Positions 46,808 through 61,479 of a stretch of 64,000 nucleotides of DNA are shown here, one piece after another. The notes beneath the pieces are model-generated. The model was not told the origin of the DNA. It saw nothing but the letters and a program-made list of their open reading frames with translations, and searched no databases. The translations under genes were made by a program, and so were the position numbers. The stretch comes from an uncultured Thermoleophilia bacterium (GTDB lineage Bacteria; Actinomycetota; Thermoleophilia; Miltoncostaeales; Miltoncostaeaceae): the NCBI GenBank assembly GCA_963802325.1, contig CAWDII010000003.1, forward strand, positions 36,496 through 100,495, read 5' to 3'. The stretch's first letter is position 1, and each line of letters opens with the position of its first letter.

Positions 46808-48622
46808 CTAGCGCCGCCCGGCGGTCATGGGCATCAGGTCGGCGGCTCCGATCGAGCCCGGCTGGAAGTCGCTCGTCGAGAGCCCGAACATGAGACGCCG
46901 CCGCAGCGCCTCGGCCCGGCGCACCGCCCCCTGGGAGATCTCCTGGGAGATCAGGAGCTGAGCCGCCGTGGGGCGCACCGGGGCCGAGCGCCCGCGGCGT
47001 GCCGCGATCACGGTCACGCTCGGTGGAACGGGCGTCCCGGCCGCGCCCGCCGCGCCGAGGGTCACTCCTGCGGCCAGCTTCTCGGCGCCGATCGAGCCGT
47101 CGAGGATGTCGCCTCCGGTCAGGCCGGAGCGCAGCCGCGCCTCCAGCGCGTCGATCCGGCGCACGGCCGACTGGGCGATGCGCTGCGTGCGCAGCATCTC
47201 GCGCGCGCTCACCCGGATGGGCCCCCGGGTCGCGGCCACCCCGGCGCCGGTGCCGATCGAGCGCACGGCCGCGGCCGCCGCACCCGTGGCCTCGGGGGTC
47301 CCGGCCGGTCGCAGCGCGGGGTCGAACGCGGCGGCGCCGAGCCCGCCGTGGCGCAGGTCGCCGGCCCTGATCCCCGCGTCCAGCCAGGCCTCGATGGCCG
47401 TCACGCGCCGGACCGCCGCCTGGGCGATGCGGCGGTTCACCAGCATCTGCGCGCCGTCGAGGCGCACGGGGCGCACCACGTCGAAGTAGCTCAGCCCGAG
47501 GGGCTGGCCCGCGTACCCCGAGCGGCGGGTGTACGGCCACACGCGCCACGCGTAGCGGACGCCGAACCGCAGGCCCGCGGGTCGCGCCCGGGTCGCGCGG
47601 GGGAAGGTGGAGGAGATCTTGGTCAGCGAGTCGCCGCGGACCTGGAAGACCTGCAGGTTGTAGAGACTCGCCCCCCGCGCGGCACGCCAGGACAGGAGGG
47701 GCCGCGCCCGCGTGACGGTGGCGCCGGCCCTCGGGCGGAGCCGCGAGGGCGTCCGCACGCGAGGCGTGGTGCGCAGCGCCGCGGGCACCGCCTGGACGAC
47801 GGTGAACGGGTCGGCGACGCTGAACGGGCCGCTCCGGCCGGCGGCCCCGGCCTGGCGCACCTGGAACGCGTACGCGCCCGGCAGCAGCGGACCCAGGGTG
47901 ACCGAGGTGGCCAGGGTGTCGCCCTGGGACACCACCGCACCCTGCGAGAGCACCTGCCAGGTGAACAGGGCGCCCGGCTCCCCGCCGGTCCATCCGAAGG
48001 CGGGGCGGTTGCCGCGCACCGGCTGGGGCGGGCGCCCCACGATGACGGGCGCCGCCGGGCCCACGGTGTAGGCGACGCTCCGCGTCGCCGCGTTGCCGGC
48101 CGCGTCGGTGGCGGCGACGCCGAAGGTGGCCGGCCCCGCGACCCCCGTCGGCAGCAGGGCGGCGTCGGGCAGCGTGCCCACGCAGGAGACCGCCCCGGCG
48201 CAGGAGTAGTCGACCTCCACGGGCTGGCCCGGGAGGTAGAGCGTCCCCTCCACCGGCTGGCGGACCGAGATCGTGGGAGGGGTCACGTTGACGCGGACGA
48301 CGCGCCGCGCCTTCGCCCCTCCCGGCGACTGCGCCGCGTCGAGGTTGTAGGTGCCGCCGGCCAGGCCCGAGAGGCTGATCCGCAGGGGCGAGGCGCCCGA
48401 CCCCTTGCGGGTGGTACCCGAGAGCGTCCAGTTCAGGACGGCGCCGCGCGCGCTGCCGGTGATCGTGTAGGCCGGCGTCGGTGCGGCCACGTTCCAGACC
48501 GTGGCGTCCGATCCGGAGATCCGCGGCGCCGCCGGCGCCGCCGAAGAGGTCGCCGCCGCCGACGCGAGCACCAGACCCGCCGCGAGCGGCACGAGCCGGT
48601 GGAGCAGGGATCCCGGGCGCAT
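46808..48622 (-). CDS. Secreted Ig/FN3-like protein with three C-terminal repeats of an unassigned module
   Basis: Signal peptide, ATDAAGN Ig-like motif, three ...RIAQAAVRR...G..D...G.[LI]GA repeats. Confidence 0.75.
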   Translation of the reverse strand: MRPGSLLHRLVPLAAGLVLASAAATSSAAPAAPRISGSDATVWNVAAPTPAYTITGSARGAVLNWTLSGTTRKGSGASPLRISLSGLAGGTYNLDAAQSPGGAKARRVVRVNVTPPTISVRQPVEGTLYLPGQPVEVDYSCAGAVSCVGTLPDAALLPTGVAGPATFGVAATDAAGNAATRSVAYTVGPAAPVIVGRPPQPVRGNRPAFGWTGGEPGALFTWQVLSQGAVVSQGDTLATSVTLGPLLPGAYAFQVRQAGAAGRSGPFSVADPFTVVQAVPAALRTTPRVRTPSRLRPRAGATVTRARPLLSWRAARGASLYNLQVFQVRGDSLTKISSTFPRATRARPAGLRFGVRYAWRVWPYTRRSGYAGQPLGLSYFDVVRPVRLDGAQMLVNRRIAQAAVRRVTAIEAWLDAGIRAGDLRHGGLGAAAFDPALRPAGTPEATGAAAAAVRSIGTGAGVAATRGPIRVSAREMLRTQRIAQSAVRRIDALEARLRSGLTGGDILDGSIGAEKLAAGVTLGAAGAAGTPVPPSVTVIAARRGRSAPVRPTAAQLLISQEISQGAVRRAEALRRRLMFGLSTSDFQPGSIGAADLMPMTAGRR

Positions 48623-48767
48623 CGGCTCCGAGCCTACCGGCACCCCGGGGGGCGACGGCCCGCCCGAGCGTAAGGATTGCGTTGGATCGCGCCGCCGGGG
48701 CCGGGGCCGGTGCCGGGCGGGTGGAGCTCCCTCCCTCCGGCGACGGGCGCCGGAGGGAGGGGTCGGA

Positions 48768-50339
<1,572 letters not shown>

Positions 50340-50340
50340 T

Positions 50341-51537
50341 TCAGCTCCCCGTCGTATTCGCATCCGCAAGTTTCCGCCCTCCGCCCGGTGCGAGCATCCA
50401 GTAGGCCACGGCCGGTAGGAGCGCGGCGACGGGGAGCGCCACACCAGAGCCTGCCACGTGGAGCGCCATCCCGCATCCGAAACCCGCCCCCCAGCTGCAC
50501 AGTCCTGTAGTTCCCCACCGCCCGCATGCGGCTTTTCCACGAAGTGCGTGTACCGCGCAGACGGCCGCGAGGCCCGGGGTGGCGAGGGCCATCACCGTCA
50601 GCCACGGGAGCATCAGATCCGAGAACCCGGCCGCGGCCACGATCGCGCCGGCTACGGCGACCGCCGGCATCGCCACAGCCTCGGGGACGCGCGGCACCAC
50701 GTGCGAAAGGGACAATCCGCCCGACCAGATGTTGGTCAGGACCGAGCCCGTGAACCCCACGGCCACGAAGAGGTAGGCCGCTCCGGGGCTGCCGAGGCGG
50801 CGCATCACGTCGGCCAGATCCCAGGTTCCGGTGGCCGCCTGGAGGGCCGCCCCGGCCAGGGCGAAGGCGATCAGGGGCACCACCAGGCCGGCGAGGGCGC
50901 ACCAGACGACCTGACGGGCGCGGCGCAGGTCGTGGGTGAAGTCGGGCGTCCGCAGCGCGAAGGCCGCCCCGTATCCCACCACGAGCACGACGGCGGGGGC
51001 GATGCCGATCGGCTCTGCCCCGGCCGCGCCGCCCGAGAGCGTGAAGGGCGCATCGGAGAAGGCCAGGTGCAGCCCGTAGGCGGCGAGGGCGGTGGTCGCC
51101 AGGCCGGCCACGAGCGCCGACCACGACAGCGCTCCGAGCCCGGTACGCGCGACACCGAGCATGATCGCCGCGAACACGGCCACTCCGGCCACGTCCGGAA
51201 TCGCGAGCAGGCGGGCCAGCGCCACGCCGGCGACGCCGACGTTGACGCCGAACCAGCCGATCATCATCAGCAGCATCACCACCGAGGCGCTCCAGCGGCT
51301 GCCCGACTCCCCCAGGGGGCCGGCGGTCAGGGCGCTGAGGGGCGCGCCGGTGCGCTGGCCGAGGATCCCCTGACCGATCGCGAGCACCGCGAGCAGGGCG
51401 ACCCCCGCCAGCAGCGCGAGCACCAGGCCGGCGCCCCGCAGGCCCTCGCCCAGCCCCCCGCCGGTCATGAGGGCGGCCGGGCTGGTGCCGATGCCCACCC
51501 AGGGGCCGACGCGCGCCAGCCAGCCGTCGCCGTTCAT
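50341..51537 (-). CDS. Cytosine/purine permease (NCS1-like) transporter
   Basis: About 12 TMs, GWFGVN, PDFTH. Confidence 0.7.
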   Translation of the reverse strand: MNGDGWLARVGPWVGIGTSPAALMTGGGLGEGLRGAGLVLALLAGVALLAVLAIGQGILGQRTGAPLSALTAGPLGESGSRWSASVVMLLMMIGWFGVNVGVAGVALARLLAIPDVAGVAVFAAIMLGVARTGLGALSWSALVAGLATTALAAYGLHLAFSDAPFTLSGGAAGAEPIGIAPAVVLVVGYGAAFALRTPDFTHDLRRARQVVWCALAGLVVPLIAFALAGAALQAATGTWDLADVMRRLGSPGAAYLFVAVGFTGSVLTNIWSGGLSLSHVVPRVPEAVAMPAVAVAGAIVAAAGFSDLMLPWLTVMALATPGLAAVCAVHALRGKAACGRWGTTGLCSWGAGFGCGMALHVAGSGVALPVAALLPAVAYWMLAPGGGRKLADANTTGS

Positions 51538-51560
51538 CCCGCGACGGTATCGTGCGGTGC

Positions 51561-52322
51561 GTGGGTGAGCGGACCTCCTACGCGCCGGGCGTCTTCTGCT
51601 GGGCCGATCTCGGCACCACCGACCCCGCCGCCGCCGTCTCCTTCTACTCGGGCCTGTTCGGCTGGGAGCCGGCCGAGGTGCCCGGAGGCGGCGGCTACAC
51701 GCTGATGCGGCTGCGCGGCGCCGACGTCTGCGCCATCCACGGCCTCGCCGACGGCGCCCCGGCGATGCCCGCGTGGACCTCGTGGGTCGCGGTGGAGGAC
51801 GCCGCCGGCACCCTGGAGCGCGCGGTCTCCCTCGGCGGCGCCGTCGTGCGCGACACGACGGATGTCATGGACCTCGGCCGCTCGGCCGCGCTCACGGACC
51901 CCCAGGGCGCGATGTTCGGGCTCTGGGAGCCCCGCGACTTCATCGGCGCCGGGCTGGTGAACGAGGCGGGCACCATGGTGCTGAACCAGCTCAACACGCC
52001 CGACCCCGCCGCCGCCGGCGAGTTCTACGCCGCGCTCTTCGGCTGGGAGGTGACGCTCGCCGCCGCGGACCCCGCCCCCTACTGGGGGATCTTCAACCAG
52101 GGGCGGCTGAACGGGGGCATGATGACGCTCGAGCCCCCGGCGGGCGCCCACTGGCTGGTGTACTTCACGAGCGAGGACCTGGACGGATCGGACGCGCTGA
52201 TCGTCGAGGGCGGGGGCGCGGTCGTGGTGCCCCCGATGGACGTGCCCGGGGGCCGGATCCTCGTGGCGCACGATCCCGGCTACGCGTTCTTCGCGGTGCT
52301 CGAGGGGCGGATCGATCCGTAG
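51561..52322 (+). CDS. Two-domain VOC/glyoxalase family protein
   Basis: PGVFCWADL, FYSGLFGW and FYAALFGW, DPQGA. Confidence 0.9.
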   Translation: MGERTSYAPGVFCWADLGTTDPAAAVSFYSGLFGWEPAEVPGGGGYTLMRLRGADVCAIHGLADGAPAMPAWTSWVAVEDAAGTLERAVSLGGAVVRDTTDVMDLGRSAALTDPQGAMFGLWEPRDFIGAGLVNEAGTMVLNQLNTPDPAAAGEFYAALFGWEVTLAAADPAPYWGIFNQGRLNGGMMTLEPPAGAHWLVYFTSEDLDGSDALIVEGGGAVVVPPMDVPGGRILVAHDPGYAFFAVLEGRIDP

Positions 52323-52356
52323 GGACGAGCTGGCGTCGCTCGGCGTCCAGCTACCC

Positions 52357-52845
52357 GTGCTGCCCACGATCGTCCTCGGCTGCCTGCCGGGCGGCGAGGG
52401 CTGGTCGGCGCGCCTGTCCCGGATCGGGGTGGACGTCACGTCCAGCGGCGCGGCCGAGGACACGCCCGAGACCCTCGCGGCGGCCCGCGCGGCGGCGCCG
52501 CACCTCGCCCTGAAGGCCCGCATGGCCGATCCCGCCGGGCTCGACGGCCCGCGCGGGCTGATCGTCGAGACCTCGGCCGGGGTGCCCGAGGGCCTCTACC
52601 GGCTCGGTCCCGACGAGGACGTCGTGGTGGCCGTGGAGCCGGACGCGCCGCTCGAGGATGTGATGGTCGTCGCCCGCCAGGTGCTGATGCGCGCCCGGGA
52701 GGGCGTGCCCTCGGCCCTCTGGGTCGTCGCCGCGCCGGGGATGGAGCGCATCGATCCCGCGCTCGCCGAGGCCAAGCTCGAGGTGCTGGTCGTCGGTGCC
52801 CGCCAGGCCCGGCTCTACCTGGCCAAGGAGCAGTTCGACATCTGA
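52357..52845 (+). CDS. Hypothetical protein resembling a miniaturised MetE/UroD-superfamily domain
   Basis: MLPTIVLGCLP start; LWVVAAPGM...AEAKLEVLVVGARQAR end. Confidence 0.6.
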   Translation: MLPTIVLGCLPGGEGWSARLSRIGVDVTSSGAAEDTPETLAAARAAAPHLALKARMADPAGLDGPRGLIVETSAGVPEGLYRLGPDEDVVVAVEPDAPLEDVMVVARQVLMRAREGVPSALWVVAAPGMERIDPALAEAKLEVLVVGARQARLYLAKEQFDI

Positions 52846-53582
52846 GGCTCGGCGCGGCACCCGCCGCGCAGCGCGCACCAGGACGTCACGATCGCCGCGC
52901 CGAGGGCCATCACGGCGCCCCCCGCCAGCGCGTCGAGCACGTAGTGGTTGGCCGTGCCGACGATGGTGATGAAGACGACGACCGGGTACGCGAGCGCGAG
53001 GGCGCGCAGCGGCCACGACCTCAGCAGGACGAAGGCGACCGCCCCGATCAGCGCCGCGTAGCCGAAGTGCATCGACGGCACGGCGGCGTAGGGGTTGAAC
53101 CAGCCCGAGAGCATCCCCCCGTGCAGGTCAACGTCGCTGACGCGGTGCAGGGTGTCCACGAAGCCCTCGCCGGCCCCCGCCAGGCGCGGCGGTGCCACCG
53201 GGAAGAGGACGAACACCACCAGGGCGAGGCCGTTCGCCACCAGGAACGCGTTGCGGACCACCGGGTAGGAGGCGGGGCGCCGGCGGTAGAGCCACACGAA
53301 GAAGAGCGGGGTGACGATCCAGTGGGCCGAGAGGTAGAAGGCGTTGAGCGCCTCCACCAGCGGGGCATGGTCGAGCACGCGCTCCTGGATCGCCGTCTCG
53401 ACGAAGAGGCCGGCCTGCTTCTCGACCCCGATCAGGGCGCGCGCGTTGTCGAACGCCGTGGACGGGTCGCCGATCACCAGCGCCCGCGAGGCCTGGTACA
53501 CGACCAGGGCGAGGGCGAAGACGCCGACCTCGCGGATCCAGGCGGAGCGCGGGACGAGGCGGGGGGTGGGGGCGCGGAGCAT
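52815..53582 (-). CDS. PAP2 / inositolphosphotransferase-like membrane protein
   Basis: FPVAPPRL, NPYAAVPSMHFG, TANHYVLD. Confidence 0.88.
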   Translation of the reverse strand: MLRAPTPRLVPRSAWIREVGVFALALVVYQASRALVIGDPSTAFDNARALIGVEKQAGLFVETAIQERVLDHAPLVEALNAFYLSAHWIVTPLFFVWLYRRRPASYPVVRNAFLVANGLALVVFVLFPVAPPRLAGAGEGFVDTLHRVSDVDLHGGMLSGWFNPYAAVPSMHFGYAALIGAVAFVLLRSWPLRALALAYPVVVFITIVGTANHYVLDALAGGAVMALGAAIVTSWCALRGGCRAEPQMSNCSLAR

Positions 53583-53679
53583 GTGTCGCAGCCTCTCGCC
53601 TCCGGCCCCGGCCGACCAGAGGGGTAGCCCTAGTCCGTATCCCTGGGGTAAGTGAGACGATCCCGGGTGTCACGACCCG

Positions 53680-53994
53680 TCAGAGCCCGAGGACGGTCTC
53701 CAGCGCCTCGTCCACCGAGAGCTGCTCCGCGTGGCTCAGGTGCCCGACGTGCTCTCCGAGCCGGGCGACGTTAACGGCGCGCAACTGCTCGACCAGCACC
53801 CGCGTCGCCTCCCCGCCCACCTCGATGCGGGGCCGGAACGTGGCGGGCGCGGCCTGCCGTGACGTGGGGGCGACCAGAGCGGTGGAGAGCCCGAGGAACT
53901 CGTCCGCCTGGACGATGACCGCGAACCTCGGGCCGAGCTGCTCGTGACCTCGTCCCGGCGGGAGTCGGACGCGGTGGATGTCGCCCCGGATCAC
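53680..53994 (-). CDS. mazF: PemK/MazF-family toxin
   Basis: RGDI, GHEQLGPRFAVIVQ, APTS, EQLRAV. Confidence 0.9.
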   Translation of the reverse strand: MIRGDIHRVRLPPGRGHEQLGPRFAVIVQADEFLGLSTALVAPTSRQAAPATFRPRIEVGGEATRVLVEQLRAVNVARLGEHVGHLSHAEQLSVDEALETVLGL

Positions 53995-54239
53995 TCGGGC
54001 CAGTCGCCCGAGAGGGACTCCATGTCGGCCATCACGGCCTGTCGCTCGGCCGCGTCGTCGGGGTCGTCAGCCAGCCTGCGCACCTCGGCCGCCAGGGCCG
54101 AGCGCCGGCGCCGGCGCTCGGCCGACTCGACCAGGGCCAGCCGGACCGCCTCCGACTCGTTCCGGCCCTCGCGCATCAGCAGGGCGAGGCCCTCCTCGGA
54201 GGGTTCATCGAGCCGTGCGCGGACCACGCGGGATGCCAT
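53991..54239 (-). CDS. Putative antitoxin (RHH-like)
   Basis: 82 aa, SEAVRLAL, acidic C-terminus, GTGA overlap with the toxin. Confidence 0.8.
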   Translation of the reverse strand: MASRVVRARLDEPSEEGLALLMREGRNESEAVRLALVESAERRRRRSALAAEVRRLADDPDDAAERQAVMADMESLSGDWPE

Positions 54240-54308
54240 GGACCGAACGTAGCACAGGTTGTGCCACAGAACGCCGCCCGACTGCACCGGGCGGCGGTCC
54301 ACTCCGTG

Positions 54309-58016
<3,708 letters not shown>

Positions 58017-58026
58017 CCTCTGAAGG

Positions 58027-58239
58027 CTAGCGCCCCTTCCCCGATCCGCTCGGGAAGAGCACGCGGGCGACCACCGGTCCGGCGACGATGCCGGCCAGCA
58101 CGATCCCCACCGCGACGAAGCCGAGCGTCTCGTCGTCGTTGGCGACGGAGATCATCCCGAGCGGCGCCGCGATGACGCAGGTGACCAGCAGCCGGATCGA
58201 CTTCTCGGCGCGCGGGGACAGCCGGCGGATCCATCCCAT
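58027..58239 (-). CDS. Small two-TM hypothetical protein
   Basis: 70 aa; start overlaps the fabF stop. Confidence 0.6.
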   Translation of the reverse strand: MGWIRRLSPRAEKSIRLLVTCVIAAPLGMISVANDDETLGFVAVGIVLAGIVAGPVVARVLFPSGSGKGR

Positions 58240-59501
58240 CAGGAGGCGCCGTTCGCGTAGCGGGTCAGGGCGAGGACCGCGTTGTGGCCGCCGAGGCCGT
58301 AGGAGGCCGACAGGGCCACCCGGATGTCCGCCGGCCGGGCGACGTTGGCGACGTGGTCGACGCCCGCGCAGGCCGGGTCGATCGTGTGGAGGTTGATCGT
58401 CGGCGGCAGCATCGATTCGTGCAGGGCCAGGCCGGTGATCGCGGCCTCCAGCGCGCCGGTCGCGCCCATGCAGTGGCCGTGCATCGACTTGGTGGCGCTC
58501 ACCGCCACGCCGGATGCGACCTCCTCCCCGAACACGTTCTGCATCATCCGCACCTCGGCCGGGTCGCCCGGCTGGCTGGCGCCGCCGTGGGCGTTGACGT
58601 GATCGACCTCCGCGGGAGACAGGCCGGCGTCATCGAGCGCCGCGCGCATCGCGCGCGCCTGCGGCAGCCCGCTCGGGTCGGGATCGGTGATGTGGTGCCC
58701 GTCCGAGCTGGCCCCGTAACCGGCCACCTCGCAGATGATCCGCGCCCCGCGGGCCACGGCGTCCTCGAGGCGCTCCAGCACCACCACGGCGCCCGCCTCG
58801 CCCACCAGGAAGCCGTCGCGGTCCTGGTCGAAGGGGCGCGCGGCCCCGGCCGGGTCGTCGTTGCGGTGGGAGAGGACGCGCATGGCGTCAAAGCCCGCGA
58901 CGAAGTAGGGCGAGATCAGGCAGTCGCCACCACCGGCCAGCATCGAGCGGGCATCTCCGCGGCGGATCACCTCGGCGGCGGTGCCGATGGCGTCGGTGCC
59001 CGCGGCGCAGGCCGTGCACATCGCCGTGACGGGGCCGCGCAGGCCGAGCTCGATCGAGACCTGGCCGGCGCCCATGTTGGCGACGCTGAGGGGGATCGCG
59101 AAGGGCGACACCCGGTCCGGACCGCGCTCGAGCATGATCTTGTGCTGCTCCTCGCGCGAGATCGTGCCCGACCCGCCGTTGCCGATGATCGCGCCGATCC
59201 CGGCGCCGTCCTCGTCGACGGTGAAGTCGGCGTCGGCGACCGCGAGGCGGGCCGCGGCCACCGCGAGCTGGGCGTACCGGTCCATCCGCCGGGAGGCCTT
59301 GCGGTCGATGAAGTCGGTCGGCTCGAAGCCGTGCGCCTCGCAGGCGATGCGTACGTCGTAGCCGGTGGTGTCGAAGAGGGTGATCGGCCCGGCGCCCGAG
59401 CGCCCGGCCACGACCGAGCTCCACATCTCCTCGCGCCCGATCCCGAGCGGCGAGACCACGCCGATGCCGGTCATCACCACGCGTTGGCGGCCGTCGCTCA
59501 T
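58239..59501 (-). CDS. fabF: Beta-ketoacyl-ACP synthase II paralog (divergent motifs)
   Basis: TACAAG, NAHGGAS, KSMHGH, ASYGLGGHN. Confidence 0.9.
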   Translation of the reverse strand: MSDGRQRVVMTGIGVVSPLGIGREEMWSSVVAGRSGAGPITLFDTTGYDVRIACEAHGFEPTDFIDRKASRRMDRYAQLAVAAARLAVADADFTVDEDGAGIGAIIGNGGSGTISREEQHKIMLERGPDRVSPFAIPLSVANMGAGQVSIELGLRGPVTAMCTACAAGTDAIGTAAEVIRRGDARSMLAGGGDCLISPYFVAGFDAMRVLSHRNDDPAGAARPFDQDRDGFLVGEAGAVVVLERLEDAVARGARIICEVAGYGASSDGHHITDPDPSGLPQARAMRAALDDAGLSPAEVDHVNAHGGASQPGDPAEVRMMQNVFGEEVASGVAVSATKSMHGHCMGATGALEAAITGLALHESMLPPTINLHTIDPACAGVDHVANVARPADIRVALSASYGLGGHNAVLALTRYANGAS

Positions 59502-60748
59502 GAGTCCCTCAGCTTGGAGAAGGCCAGGACGGCGTTGTGGCCGCCGAAGCCGAACGAGTTCGAGAGCGCCACGTCCACACGGGCCTGCCGCGCCTGGCCG
59601 AGCACGTGGTCCACGCCGCCGCAGGCCTCGTCGAGCGCGTCGACGTTGACGGTCGGCGGCACGCGGTCCTCGCGCACGGCGAGCGCCGAGAGAACGGCCT
59701 CGAAGCCGCCGGCCGCGCCCATCCCGTGGCCGTGCATCGACTTGGTGGACGACACCATCAGCCGGGGCGCCCGCTCGTCGCCCGCGAGCTGGCGGATCGC
59801 GCCGATCTCGACCGGGTCGCCCGCGGGCGTGGACGTGCCGTGCGCGTTGACGTAGTTGACCTCCGCCGCCTCGAGCCCGCCGCGCTCGAGCGCCATGCGC
59901 ATCGCGGCGACCTGCCAGCGACCGCTCGGGTCGGGTTCGGTGAGGTGGTAGGCGTCGCTGCTCGCCCCGTAGCCGCGCAGCTCGCAGATGACCGGCGCGC
60001 CGCGCTCCAGGGCATGCTCCAGGCTCTCCAGCACCACGACGCCCGCGCCCTCGGCCGAGACGAAGCCGTCGCGCTCCGTGTCGAACGGGCGGCTGGCGCG
60101 CTCGGGGGCGTCGTTGCGGCGCGAGAGGGCCCGCGTCGCGTCGAGGCCGGCCATGCAATACGGCGTGACGCCGGCCTCGGTTCCGCCGGCGATCATGACG
60201 TCGGCCGCCCCGCGGCGGATGACCGCGGCCGCCTCGCCGATGCCGTGGTTGCCCGACGCGCAGGCGGTGACGACGCAGGCGCTCGGGCCGCCGAGGCCCA
60301 GCTGCATCGAGACGTGGCCCGCCGACATGTTCACGATCGTCATGGGCACCATCAGCGGCGAGGCCCGGCCCGGCCCGCGCTCGATGAGGGCGATGTGGTT
60401 GTCCTCGAAGGTCTGGCTGGCGCCGTTGCCCGTCGAGATCACGGCGCCCGTGCGCTCGCGCTCGATCGTCAGGCCGGCGTGCTCGACCGCCATCATCGAC
60501 GCGGCCACCGCGAACTGGCTGGCGCGGTCCATGCGCCGGGCGGTCCTGCGGTCGAGGTCGAAGTCGGCCGGGTCGAAGCCCTCCACCTCGCAGGCGATCT
60601 TGCAGGCGTGTGCCGAGGTGTCGAAGTGCGTGATGAGGCGGGCGGTGGAACGCCCGGCGAGGGCCGCCTCCCAGCTCTCGCGCCAGCCGATCCCGAGCGG
60701 GGAGACCATCCCCAGGCCCGTGATGACCACCCGTCGCTCGTCTCTCAT
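59498..60748 (-). CDS. fabF: Beta-ketoacyl-ACP synthase II
   Basis: TACASG, NAHGTST, KSMHGH, SNSFGFGGHN. Confidence 0.93.
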   Translation of the reverse strand: MRDERRVVITGLGMVSPLGIGWRESWEAALAGRSTARLITHFDTSAHACKIACEVEGFDPADFDLDRRTARRMDRASQFAVAASMMAVEHAGLTIERERTGAVISTGNGASQTFEDNHIALIERGPGRASPLMVPMTIVNMSAGHVSMQLGLGGPSACVVTACASGNHGIGEAAAVIRRGAADVMIAGGTEAGVTPYCMAGLDATRALSRRNDAPERASRPFDTERDGFVSAEGAGVVVLESLEHALERGAPVICELRGYGASSDAYHLTEPDPSGRWQVAAMRMALERGGLEAAEVNYVNAHGTSTPAGDPVEIGAIRQLAGDERAPRLMVSSTKSMHGHGMGAAGGFEAVLSALAVREDRVPPTVNVDALDEACGGVDHVLGQARQARVDVALSNSFGFGGHNAVLAFSKLRDS

Positions 60749-61479
60749 ATGCGCAGTCCTCCGTCCACGGCGAGCACCGTACCCGTGATGAAGGACGATG
60801 CGCCGGAGCAGAGGAACGCGACCGGCCCCGCGACGTCCTCCGGCGAGCCCAGGCGCCCCAGCGCGGTGGCCCCCAGCAGGTGGTCGCGGTGCTCGTCGGC
60901 GAGCACGTCGGTGAGCCGGGTCGTGATGTACCCCGGCGCGACGGCGTTGACCCGCACCCCGCGCGACCCCGCCTCGCGCGCCAGCGCGCGCGTGAGGCCG
61001 ATGATGCCGGCCTTGGAGGCGGCGTAGTTCGCCTGGCCCGCGTTGCCCTGCACGCCCACGACCGACGAGATCGTCACGATGCTGCCGGCGCGCCGGCGCA
61101 TCATCCCGCGAAGGGCCCCGCGCACGACGGCCATCGTGCCGGTCAGGTTGACGTCGATCGGATCCCGCCAGGCGTCGCCGGTCATGCGCACGGCCGGGCC
61201 GTCGCGCGTGATCCCCGCGTTCGCCACCAGCGCGTCGAGGGGCCCGAGGGCCTCCTCGACCTCCGCCACGACCGCGGCGGCGTCATCCCAGTCGCGGGCC
61301 TCCGCCCGGCGCACGTGCGCCCGGCCACCGGCGCGCGCGACCTCGGAGGCGACCGCCTCGGCGCCCTCGCGATCCTCCGCGTAGGTCAGGCCGACGTCGT
61401 ATCCCCGCTGTGCGAGAGCCACCGCACACGCCGCCCCGATCCCCTTGCTCGCCCCGGTGACGAGCGCGACGGGCGGCAC
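60745..61479 (-). CDS. fabG: 3-oxoacyl-ACP reductase
   Basis: TGASKGIG, NAGITRD, GQANYAASKAG, VAPGYI. Confidence 0.92.
   Translation of the reverse strand: MPPVALVTGASKGIGAACAVALAQRGYDVGLTYAEDREGAEAVASEVARAGGRAHVRRAEARDWDDAAAVVAEVEEALGPLDALVANAGITRDGPAVRMTGDAWRDPIDVNLTGTMAVVRGALRGMMRRRAGSIVTISSVVGVQGNAGQANYAASKAGIIGLTRALAREAGSRGVRVNAVAPGYITTRLTDVLADEHRDHLLGATALGRLGSPEDVAGPVAFLCSGASSFITGTVLAVDGGLRI

Noticed and set aside
53680-54239. MazEF-type module as the marker of a mobile island
   Set aside because: No flanking repeats or mobility genes seen; ordinary standalone toxin-antitoxin pair.
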